Shown: one piece after another, positions 22,014 to 32,289 of the stretch
Layout: every line of letters starts with the position of its first letter
Position numbering within the stretch: the stretch's first letter is position 1
Notes under the pieces: generated by a model
What the model was told of the DNA's origin: nothing
The model's input: only the letters and a program-made list of their open reading frames with translations
Database searches by the model: none
Assembly (NCBI RefSeq): GCF_006345805.1
Contig: NW_021832725.1
Coordinates: forward strand, 1 to 33,290
Origin: Octopus sinensis
Taxonomy: Eukaryota
Length of the DNA: 33,290 bases
Reading direction: 5' to 3'
Program-made: the position numbers and the translations under genes

Positions 22014-22239
22014 GAAATAAGATTAAGATTAATGTAAAAAATAAATGACGCTGAAGCAAAGTAACACCAAATATATAGTGCGTGTGTTTTTATTGGCTAA
22101 CCTGGCAAAATGACCATTCCTAAATACAACAATAATAAACCAATATTTTCATATTTTTGAAAATGAAACAAAATAGCAAGATGGCAAATAATGTTTATCT
22201 TTCTCATAATTCCTCTTTATTTATATTTGAAACGTGTGG

Positions 22240-22490
22240 AGAGGCGCAATGGCCCCGTGGTTTTCGAATCCCAGACAGGGTGTTGTGAGTGTTTATTGAG
22301 CGAAAACGCCTAAAGCTCCACGAGGCTCCGACAGGGGGGGGGGTGATCCCTGCTGTACTCTTTCACCTCAACTTTCACTTTTTCTTCTTGTTTCTGTTGT
22401 ACCTGTATTTCAAAGGGCCAGCCTTGTTGCACAGTGTCGCGCTGAAACTCCCCGAGAACTACGTGAAGGGTACACGTTTCTGTGGTGGTC
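22240..22490 (+). mobile_element. SINE family C, head with internal deletion, tail type ii
   Basis: ggcgcaatggccccgtggttttcgaatcccagac (A- and B-boxes fused by a deletion), gagcgaaaacgcctaaagctccacgaggctccg core, tail ccccgagaactacgtgaagggtacacg. Confidence 0.7.
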
Positions 22491-22856
22491 CCCTTCCCTT
22501 AATGCTCTATGGTTAATCCAGCGCCGATATAGATACACACACACGTACTCAAATAACTATAACAACATAAATTAACTAAACCCCAGGTTAGTCCAATCCT
22601 GGTCAAGAAGACTTTTCATTCGATCCATCACTATTTGTTTTCCCAGAACGTCCACCACGGACTACAATATCCAGTGTTCTCCATCTTTTCTTAAAGACTT
22701 GGTGGGGTGAAAGAAAAGGTCTGACCGCTATTTCTAGCAGGTCAAGTGGCCGTTGTAAAAGCACCAATGCTAGCTCACACAAATCTATGGTCCTCCGTTG
22801 ATTTCAACGAGGAATGTTCCAGTTATTCCATTAGGTGAATTATGTGTAATAGACAT

Positions 22857-22927
22857 ACTTATACATACATACATACATACATACATACATACATACATAC
22901 ATACATACATACATACATACATACATA
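22857..22927 (+). repeat. (CATA)n microsatellite
   Basis: Directly visible. Confidence 0.95.
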
Positions 22928-23418
22928 GCTGAAGTTCAGTGAAAAAGAGACCATCTATGCTGAACTATTAAGAAATCTGCAGTTACTCAATCGAGATTAC
23001 AAGTTCAGGTTTGTACCTGTAATTATTGGGGCCCTGAGATATGTAACACACTGTCTAAATACCAATCTTGAGAAATTAGGCTTCTCAAAACCAGAAAGAA
23101 GAAAGTTAATTCGAAGACTGCAAATTCAATCCATCAATGGAACTGTAAAAATCTGTAAAACTTTCCATAAGTTTATCAGTAAATATATATGAGCATGTCT
23201 AGATATGCAGTTATATGCATGAGAATACATACATAAGACAAGACGTATAAATCTGCACATATACATACATACATACATACATACATACATACATACATAC
23301 ATACAAGCAAAAATACCTTGATGTTTATGTTGAAATTCCAATGAAGGGGCTTTGGATCTGGGTTAGAAACCGGTTCTTTCTCTACTGGTAAGAAATCTTG
23401 AAATAAACTGAATAACGA
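22928..23418 (+). mobile_element. RLE-bearing non-LTR retrotransposon family 2, 5'-truncated, embedded in (CATA)n
   Basis: Stop-free frame 22929-23192 (no ATG, so absent from the ORF track): LKFSEKETIYAELLRNLQLLNRDYKFRFVPVIIGALRYVTHCLNTNLEKLGFSKPERRKLIRRLQIQSINGTVKICKTFHKFISKYI*. This matches the RLE C-terminus pattern EK...Y..L ... VP.IIGAL ... LQ...I.GT..I. The 3' UTR has an internal (CATA)n and ends ...gaataacga|catacatacata. Confidence 0.75.
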
Positions 23419-23431
23419 CATACATACATAT

Positions 23432-23730
23432 ATCTTTTACTTGTTTCAGTCATTTGACTGTGGTCATGCTGGAGCACTGCTATGAAGAAATTTAGTTGAA
23501 CGAATCAAACTTTTTCTACCGAACCGTTAAATTATGAGGACGTAAATACACCAACACCGATTACCAAATGGTGATGGGAGACAAGCATAGATGCAAAGGC
23601 AGACACACACACACACACACACACATACGCATATATATATATGCAACGGCCTTTTTTCAATTACCGTCTACGAGAAAAATTTCGCTCACGATTGAATCAG
23701 CTCGCGTAAGTGGATTGAACTCAGGACCTA
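23432..23730 (-). mobile_element. SINE family B, degraded copy
   Basis: ttttacttgtttcagtcatttgactgtggtcatgctggagcac ... gaggacgtaaatacacc ... (CA)n ... ttcaattaccgtctac. Confidence 0.6.
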
Positions 23731-23804
23731 ATGATTGCGAGACGACCTCCTTATCCATTTGGTCATCATGCTCACATCTGACACTGATCGGAAGATATCT
23801 ATCG

Positions 23805-23820
23805 ACAACACACACATGTG

Positions 23821-23890
<70 letters not shown>

Positions 23891-23934
23891 TATAAACACA
23901 CACATGTATGTATATATTGAATATATATGTGCGT

Positions 23935-23977
<43 letters not shown>

Positions 23978-24510
23978 ATCACACATAGAAACACGTATGC
24001 AGTACACACCAACGTATATGGCTGTATGTATGTGTGTATGTATATATAATGATATTTGCAGTGGGCAGAGTGTATCAGGCGTGCGCATGTGTACAGGTAA
24101 GATATGGGTTGGTTGGATCGGTTGTGATAGGGGTGGATGTACGGGTGTGTGAATGGAAGTGGGGCGGGAGTATCTGCAACGGGGTGGGTTGGGCAGTGGA
24201 TGGTCCAGACTGCTACATGTGGAGATGAGAAACGAGAGGGCACATTCGTACATATATATTTATATATATGAATATATACATATATATATATATATATATG
24301 AATATATACATATATAAAAAAATATATATGTATATATATATATATATATGAATATATACATATATATATATATATATATATGATATATACATATATATAT
24401 ATATGTACACGCACATACACACACATACATACATGTTTGTATATATACACACGCACGCACACACACACACAATGTATGTATATAAATACACACACTACAC
24501 ATGCGCGTGT
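23805..24510. repeat. Compound (AT)n/(AC)n microsatellite blocks, including ~3 copies of tatatatatgaatatatacat at 24260-24380
   Basis: Directly visible; a GT-rich non-repetitive stretch at ~24050-24245 lies within this interval. Confidence 0.85.
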
Positions 24511-25263
24511 GTGTTGCTTGTTTGTCGTGGAGGTTGGATCAGGTGGTTCGTCGTTGAGGAGCAGGTAGCTTGATGAGATTAAGGGTGGTCGGGTGTAAAC
24601 CGAGCAGAGAAGGGGTGTTGGGTGTTCGAGTTTCATTTGAAGGGTCAGAGGTCAAGCATTTTATTGATTATTTTCCTAAACACAAAAACACAGGTGTTTT
24701 ATTTCGATGGTCTCAACACCCTACCCCCCCCCCCCCACCCGTATATTTCTTCTATCACTTTCAGCTAGTATTTCCCCTCACTCTCTCTCTCTCTCACCCC
24801 CAACCTCCTAACACACTCTCACTCTCCTTCACTCACCTCATCCCACCAACCCTCTCTTCCCCCACATCCCACACACACCTCCCCCCTTTCTCAACACCTC
24901 TCTCTTTCAGTCTGTTTGCGTATCAATGTGTTTGTGCGTGTCCTCTTCAGCGTGTGTATGTATGTGTGTGTGTGTGTGTATGTAGCGTTTGTGTGTGGGT
25001 ATGATCTATATCTCTAAATGTGTGTGTGTGTGTACATGTATGTATGCGTGTGTATTAGTTGTTGTTTAACCCCAGGTCAATCCAGGAGGGGACAGCTAGA
25101 GGGAGAAAGAGCTGCACCAACAGCCAGTACTTATGAGGAAAAGCTTTCCAACCGTGACCATCCCGTCATTCAAGAGATATCTAAAAAAAATTTACATTAT
25201 CCAATATGTCCTTTGTTATTTCTAGTAGTTCACGTCTGCGCGTATTCTGTGGGAAGGAGTATA

Positions 25264-25301
<38 letters not shown>

Positions 25302-25683
25302 GTGTGTGTGTGCACGCGTGTGTCCGTTGCGCGCGCGCACGCGCACACACCTGTAGTCGATGTGAATGACAGTGTTTGTATATATTTCTGTGTCTACGTT
25401 CGAAAGAGAGAGAGAGTAGGGAGGTTGTGTGCGTATATTTGTCCGTGAGAGTGTTTATATGTGACCAAATGTGTCTATGAGCGTGTGTATAGTGTTGTTT
25501 GTGTCTGTAATAATGAATGCGTATAAGCATTTGTGCGTGTGTAGTTTTGTGTGTGTATGTATTTGTGTTTGTGTTGTGTATATTTACATGAAATTGTTTG
25601 TGTCTTAACATGTATCTGTATGTTTCACGTGTGGTTGCGTATCTGTCGTCTGTATGTGAGTTTGTGTGTATTTGTCTGTGTGT

Positions 25684-25721
<38 letters not shown>

Positions 25722-26109
25722 GTGTACGGGTAGGGGTTAGAACACCAGAAATGCCAGTTTCACAACAAGAAACATTGTGAATGTTTCCGACAACAACAAC
25801 AACAATATCACAGCTGCCAAAAATCACAGTATACCGCCTGAAAAAGTGAAGTATACATCGGATAATGTAGTCCTAGATATACTTATACCAAAAAAAAAAA
25901 ACATTAGGATGGTCACCACTAGATGGTCCTACCTTTGACTATTGGCCTGTTAAGTCAGGGTTAATCTGAAAGTTAAAGAAAATCAACAACTACAAGATCA
26001 GCAATTACTGTAGAAACAATATAAGAAGGTCAAAAATTTGTGATGAGAGGAACAGTCGATTAAATCGAACTTCGTATTGAAATGGATGTTGTCTGGGAAT
26101 CAGCCTTGT

Positions 26110-26540
26110 CATAAAAATTTTTTCCATGCTGCTGTAGAGTCAGTTTTTTTTTATATATTAAGGCGCAACAGCTCACCAAAAAACTGGAATCCGAGTCAGA
26201 TAGAACTTAAACCCGAATGTTAAGAGCAATTTTAAATATATTTTCTAGAACTCATCCCACCACGAAACAGCTGTATAGAAATCTCCTGTCTTTTTCCACC
26301 ATTATAAGGGAAAGGCGTTTGCATTTTGTGGGACATTGGTGGGAAGCTAAACAAGAGCTGCCAAGTGACCTACTGCTATGGATACCAAAGCATGGCCGTC
26401 CGAACACAACGTGTGTAGATCAACTCACCAGGGACATTTGATGCCTCTTTGAAGACCTCCGCAACTAAAGCAAGACTGAGATGGGTCGCGTGTGCGAGTT
26501 AAAAATGTCCGAGCAAGCTCAACCAGATGATGATGATGGT
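26110..26540 (+). mobile_element. RTE-clade LINE 3' fragment with (GAT)n tail
   Basis: FHAAVESVF...TRMLRAILN...HPTTKQLY...IIRERRLHFVGH...LLLWIPKHGRP...DQLTRD..., matching VESVLLYG...TR.LR.ALN..W..H...IR.RRL.FAGH...LLLW.P.HG; ends accagatgatgatgatg. Confidence 0.75.
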
Positions 26541-26719
26541 GAATATTGAATATTGAAATGGTACTTTATTTTATCAACTCTGTAGAGATGACGTCTTTAA
26601 ATGATTTCAATCGTTAACAGTCGGAACAGCATTTTCTGCCGACGTTTAACGATTCTGTTAATCGATCGCTTTTAGACGTGGACCTGGAATTTAGAGGGAT
26701 TCGGGGGTTTGTCTAATTA

Positions 26720-26985
26720 CTTTAGTTTACCGACTCCCAAAAAAGATAAAGGGCAATGTTGATCTCAATGAGATTTGAGCACAGAACCTTAAAGAGCCGG
26801 AAGTAATACAGCAAGACATTTTGGCCGAGAGGACTTGAGTTCATGTCCTATCGAAGTCAATTTTGTCATTCGTCCTTTCGGGGTTAATGAAATAAAAATA
26901 CCAGTTAACTACTGCGGGTCAAAGGTATAGACTTACACCTACCCTCTCCAAACTACTGATTTTGTGTCTAAGCCTGAAGTCAACA
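26720..26985. mobile_element. Two old SINE family A remnants head-to-head (26720-26825 minus, 26830-26985 plus)
   Basis: gatttgagcacagaacc ... agccggaagtaatac on one side; gagttcatgtcc ... cgtcctttcgggggttaatgaaataaaaataccag on the other. Confidence 0.45.
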
Positions 26986-27044
26986 AATTCTTACAGAGGC
27001 AAATGGCCAGAAACTTGAGAGTTTTGGGATGTTTCCTTAATAAA

Positions 27045-27225
27045 AAGGGCGGCAACTAGGCAAAGTGTTTAGTGGCATTTAATCTGTCTTTAGGTTTTGA
27101 GTTCAAACTCTGCCGAGGTCAACTTTGCTTCTATTCTTTCGGGGTCGATAAAAAAAGTACCCGTTGAATACTGGCGTCGATCTAATCCCCGAAATTGCTG
27201 GGCTTGTGCAAAAATTGAAACCAAT
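27045..27225 (+). mobile_element. SINE family A copy
   Basis: gagttcaaactctgccgaggtcaactttgcttctattctttcggggtcgataaaaaaagtacccgttgaatactggcgtcgatctaatc ... ggcttgtgcaaaaattgaaacc. Confidence 0.7.
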
Positions 27226-27236
27226 ATATTTGCCCC

Positions 27237-27331
<95 letters not shown>

Positions 27332-27384
27332 TAATAATAATAATAACGATAATAATAATATAATAATAATAATAATAATAATAA
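27237..27384 (+). repeat. Long (AAT)n microsatellite
   Basis: Directly visible. Confidence 0.95.
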
Positions 27385-27385
27385 A

Positions 27386-28260
27386 GCACTATACAAGAAA
27401 TTGAAAACGTATGAAACTGAAAATAGATGGATAAAGAAAAGAATGCATTGTCAATTTCATAGGGATGTTGAAGATAAGACAGACATAGAAAAAAGATGGC
27501 TGTGAATGACTAAAAGTGATTTAAAACCGGAAACGGAGGCTCTAATCTGTGTTGCCCAAGAGCAAGCACTAAGAACAAACTAAATAAAATACAGAAAAGA
27601 CAACACATCAGAAAGTGATAAGTGCAGAATCTGTGAAGAAAACGGTGAAACCGTATAGCATATTACCAGCCAATGTACACCACTAGCCCAGAAGGAATAT
27701 AAGAGACGCCACGACAATATAGCCAGGCTTGTCCATTGGACACTTTGCAATAGGTATGGACTTGACAGAGCAAACAATTGGCACAACCACAAACCCGAAG
27801 GCATCGTCGAAAATAGAAATGCAATGATCCTATGGGATTTTATGATCCAGTGCGACCATGAGATAGAGAATAGGAAGCCAGACATAGTCTTAATTGTGAA
27901 AGAAAACAATCAATGCTGGATCATAGACATAGCATGCCCAACTGACAACAAGTTATGCGATAAGGGAGAAAGAAAAGTCGAGAGATATGACAGGTTAGCT
28001 TGGGAAGTTAAGCAGTTGTAGTCGATGAAAAAGGTAGCAGTAGTAGCAATAATTGTCGGAATATTGAGCAAAAATCTCGTGAAGTACGTGGAACAAATAG
28101 GGGCTGGAATAAGGGTGGAGCACTTGCAGAAAACAGCACTGCTTGGAACCGCTCGAATACTCCGGAATGTGCTCGGAAAATAAGAGGTGTTATCTTAGTT
28201 CGCTGGTAGTGAACAGGTGATACCTTAGTACATCTCCAGCATTAGAAACTGTGCACAGGC
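27386..28260 (+). mobile_element. R4/Dong-like non-LTR retrotransposon, 5'-truncated, same subfamily as 946-1571
   Basis: Single frame 27386-28183: ...MHCQFHRD...LKPETEALICVAQEQALRTN*...DKCRICEENGETV*HITSQC...YKRRHD...HW...ILWDF...RKPDIV...IIDIACPTD...RKVERY...LQKTALLGTARILRNVLGK*. The 3' UTR is nearly identical to 1495-1571. Flanked by (AAT)n at both ends. Confidence 0.9.
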
Positions 28261-28284
28261 AATAATAATAATAATTAATAATAA

Positions 28285-28600
28285 TGGTCCTCTTCACTAT
28301 AAGAACAAGACCCAAAATATTAAGGGAAGAGACAGGGATTACCTCGACACCAGGGCTCAACTGATACTTTTTATTTCGCCAGATTGCAACCCTAATTTTA
28401 ACATAGGGTCAACAATTCTAAGAGGATAGGATTAGTCGATTAGCTCGTTCACTGCATTTGATTGGTACTTTATTTTATCTGTCTCGAAGGGATAAAAGGG
28501 AATATTGACCTCAGCAAGATTTGAACTCAGAATATAAAAGAACCGGCACTAATACCATACAGCATTTTTCCGTCTCCCTTACGACTCAGCCAACTCGCTG
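28285..28600 (-). mobile_element. Two degraded SINE family A remnants
   Basis: ttcactataagaacaagacccaaaat ... ctgatacttttattt; ttagtcgattagc ... ttggtactttattttatc ... gacctcagcaagatttgaactcagaat. Confidence 0.5.
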
Positions 28601-29020
28601 CATAGGGTCCGCTTGCTGAATAAGATCAGACCTGGGGCTAAACAACGATATCAGCAACAACTACTATTACTATTACTACTACTACTACCACCACCATCAC
28701 CTGCCCCCTCTCTCATTGCTGTCCTAACAGCCATCTATCACGAAGATAGATGCAGGTGTGTGTGACAATGCGTCTCGCCTGACACACTTCACTGAAGACT
28801 TCAAGCTTTCACCACATGTTCCGGCGGTGGTGGTGGTGGTGGTATTGGTGGTGTTGGTGGCGGTGGTAGTAGTAGTAGTAGTAGTGGCAGTGGTGGTGGT
28901 CGAGAAGGCAAAGGGGCTGACGAGGTGGCGGGGGAAAGACCGTATGGGTCCAAGCGAAAAAATATGTGCTCGACCCCTGCCAAAATAACAACGTAAGTAT
29001 ATAAAAAAAAAAACCTGCCA

Positions 29021-29063
<43 letters not shown>

Positions 29064-29556
29064 CCTCTGTCCCTACCTTTTCTTTCCTCCTCCTCCCCTT
29101 CACTCTCGTTCTTTCGACTCCCCACCCTTCCGTCACCTGGGAGGAGAGGAGGGGAGGGAGGACAACCTCTCTACAACACTTGAATATCACACTACACTCA
29201 ACAGTCTTACTTTGAAGTGTTGCTACACGTGTTGTTGTTTTAGGTGGCGGGTGGAGTGGGTGTTGGTGGTGGTGGGGGGGGGAATAGGGTGGTGTCGGCA
29301 ATGGCAGGAGATGGTGGTGGTATTTCAGTTGTTATTTAGCCCCAGATTTGACCCAACTCTAAATTAAACAGGTTCAAAAGTGTTCCTGACATGACCATCC
29401 TGTCTTTTTGTGTACCAGTAGCTTACATTAACAATTCTGTTTGACCGTTTTCCACAGTACCAAGGTTTTGGCTGCTATTTCTCGTAGGTCACACAGCAGC
29501 CTAAAAGCTTTCCCATTAGAGAGCTCTAAGTAACAGTGACATTAGCAAAATCAACA

Positions 29557-29591
<35 letters not shown>

Positions 29592-29651
29592 GATCACAAC
29601 AACACCACTGATACTACTACGATAACTACAATGACTGCTACTACTGTTTCA

Positions 29652-29894
29652 ATATCAGGTACCTTTTGGTTATCTCAACCCCATTAAAAATTACCATTAA
29701 AAACTGAGTTATCTCCCCACTAAAAAATCGAGTTTATGTGGCGACAAGAGTTTGGATTAAAAGACCGTATTGAGATTCGGTGTTCAAATTCCACCGAGGT
29801 CAACTTTGCCTTTCATCCTTTAAACGGCGGTGCATCGGCATGGCCGCAGCTATGAACTGAAACTAGAGAGAAAATAATAATAATAATAATAATA

Positions 29895-29929
<35 letters not shown>

Positions 29930-30273
29930 GCATCGGAAAATATCTTAGGAATGAGAACCCAGGTTCGAAATTTCCACAAGACACCTGATGAAGGCTGGAG
30001 GGTATATCAGCCGAAACGTGTTAACAACAAACAAGATGAGGACAAATATCCGTCAAATGTAAATAACGTAAATAATGGTAGGATTTGTTATAAAAATGTT
30101 ATTAGATTCACTTTTCATGTTTATTAATTTTTCATTTTGTCTTTGTTTTGTTTTTTGTTTTGTTTTATTGAGGGTTAAACAATTTTTTTAGTTGGAGAAA
30201 GAAGATTTTTTAATGGGAGTGAGATAACCAAAAAGTACCCAATGTACAACTAGTTTGGCACAGTACCTGATAT
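29652..30273. mobile_element. Non-autonomous TIR-bounded element (MITE- or HINE-like) with nested insertions
   Basis: atatcaggtac (29652-62) / gtacctgatat (30263-73) is a perfect 11-bp IR; ggtaccttttggttatctcaaccccattaaaaa vs tttttaatgggagtgagataaccaaaaagtacc is a 33-bp IR with 3 mismatches; inner ctccccactaaaaaa / ttttttagttggag. Confidence 0.55.
29980..30022 (+). ncRNA. Minimal hammerhead-like motif lacking the cleavage triplet (probably inactive), in a PLE-like fragment ~29930-30075
   Basis: gacac-CTGATGA-a-ggctg(gagggtatat)cagcc-GAAAC-gtgtt. Stem I (gacac/gtgtt) directly follows GAAAC, leaving no NUH. Confidence 0.5.
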
Positions 30274-30459
30274 GTTACAATGGTCTCGTGTCTAAGAGAC
30301 CATACTGATACCAGTAATTGAGGCAGCGAAATAACAGTTTTTAATGATTGCTACATTTCCTATTCTGGCACCCTAAAGTTAACAAGCAGGATTTGAACAC
30401 GGAAAGCCGTGGATAAATACTGCAAAGCTACAAATCTTATCAATCCACACAATTTCCTT

Positions 30460-30959
30460 GGTTTCAAATTTTGTCACAAGGCCAGTAAGTTCGGTGGAGG
30501 GGTTAAGTCGACTACATCGACCCCAGTACTCAACTGGTACTTATTAAATCGACCCCGAAAGGATGAAAGGCAAAGCCGATCTCGGCGGAATTTCAACCCA
30601 GAACGTAAAGACGGACGAAATACCTATTTCTTCACCACCCGCATGGGGCTAAACACAGAGAGGACAAACAATGACAGACAAACAGATTAAGTCGATTATA
30701 TCAACCCCAGTGCGTAACTGGTACTTAATTCATCGACCCCGAAAGGATGAAAGGCAAAGTCGACCAAGACGGAATTTGAACTCAGAACGTAACAGCAGAC
30801 GAAATACCTATTTCTTTACTACCCACAAGGGGCTAAACACAGAGGGGACAAACAAGGACAGAGAAACGGATTAAGTCGATTATATCGACCCCAGTGCATA
30901 ACTGGTACTTATTTAATCGACCCCGAAAGGATGAACGGCAAGGTCGACCTCGACGGAAT
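30460..30959 (-). mobile_element. SINE family A trimeric array (184-bp internal unit)
   Basis: Junction gacgaaatacc|tatttctt at 30624/30625 and 30808/30809; each unit has a gaccccgaaaggatgaa.ggcaa core; the last unit ends in a tail 1 variant. Confidence 0.8.
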
Positions 30960-30984
30960 GTCTTCAACGATAATGATAATAATC

Positions 30985-31140
30985 ACTTCTACCATAAGGC
31001 ACAGGGCCTGAAATTTTTTAAGGGAAGGGGCTAATGGATTGCATCAGAAAGGATGAAAAGGCCAAGTCAACCTCAGCGGAGATTGAACTCAGAACTTCAA
31101 GGAAAATGAAATACCTCAAAGCATTCTGCCCCGCATGCTG
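30985..31140 (-). mobile_element. SINE family A, degraded copy
   Basis: ttctaccataaggcacagggcctgaaat ... gaaaggatgaaaaggccaagtcaacctcagcggagattgaactcagaac. Confidence 0.6.
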
Positions 31141-31406
31141 ACGACATCAACGACATTGCTTACAAATTGCTACGAAAACAAATTTTCTGTTTCATACACT
31201 ACACACATGCGCGCGTGCACAACACACACCACACATACATACACTCACACACACGCACATACATACACTCACACACACACACACACGTACATACATACAT
31301 ATATACAAACATACATACCTACATACATACATATATACATATATACATGCATTCACATACCGAGCACATGCATACACTCACGCACACACACACGTATATG
31401 TGTTTT

Positions 31407-31557
31407 TGGCTGTGTGGTCATAGCTTGCTTACCAACCACATGGTTCCGAGTTCAGTCTCACTGGGTGGCACATTGGGCAAGTGTCTTCTACTATAGCCTC
31501 AGGTCGACTAAAGCCTTGTGAATGGATTTGGTAGACGGAAACTGAAAGAAGCTTGTC

Positions 31558-31624
<67 letters not shown>

Positions 31625-31744
31625 CGTGCGTAAGCTTGTGTGTTTACGTCCCTGTAACTTAGCGGTTCTGAATAAGTCCTGGGGTCGATCTGTTCGACTA
31701 AAAGGTGGTGCTCCACAGTCAAATGACTGAAACAGACAAAAGAA
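31407..31744 (+). mobile_element. SINE family B, full-length plus-strand copy with internal (TG)n
   Basis: tggctgtgtggtcatagcttgc ... ggttccgagttcagtctc ... ttgggcaagtgtcttctactatagcc ... gtcgtata(tg)n ... tgtgtttacgtccctgtaacttagcggttc ... cagtcaaatgactgaaac. Confidence 0.85.
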
Positions 31745-31799
31745 CAATCAGAGCCGCGAATCGAACTGTAGTTTAATCAGGTCCCGTAGGGAGCGAAAC

Positions 31800-32280
31800 A
31801 GCGAACGGGTTCATCCGTTTCCTGTTCTTGACATCAAAGTGATTTGACTGGTTGACTCTGGCAAGAAAGTAAATCAGATTGATTGCTTGCCAAGTTCTGA
31901 GATTGAACGGTTCGATCAGACATCTTTCCTCGAAACCTAAGTGGACTCTGGTCGCATATTGGAGGGCTATGATCAGAGACAAAATCACATTGATAGGAAA
32001 ACCAACTATTGACAACTAGATAAACTAACTGGTAGACTAAGGTTCGAAATGGAACCAAACAGATCCGGAAGCTGTTACTGACATCGAGGTGGACTGATTT
32101 GAGTATTGAAGTCTAAGACTAACCAATTTAGTAATTAATTCCGACAGCTAATTGAGCTGTGAACCGAGGTTGGAAGAGAACAGGTTGATACCGACTCTTG
32201 ACAGCTAGTGCACTGACTTCGCTTTAAGACCGTACGCAACTGATTTGACACCCCTTCTCATACTTACAAGCTAGGTAGAC
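31800..32280 (-). mobile_element. Possible highly degraded APE-endonuclease remnant of a LINE
   Basis: Scattered minus-strand motifs VLDFNTQI (cf. LGDFNA), LVVNSWF (cf. L.V.NT.F) and VSDHSP (cf. SDH) in different frames; spacing is imperfect. Confidence 0.3.
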
Positions 32281-32289
32281 TAAAGGGAT

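Noticed and set aside
28809-29021. ORF beginning MAGFFFYILTLLFWQG as a SMOC signal-peptide exon
   Set aside because: The start is TTG rather than ATG, the hydrophobicity comes from a poly-T run, and there is no suitable donor.
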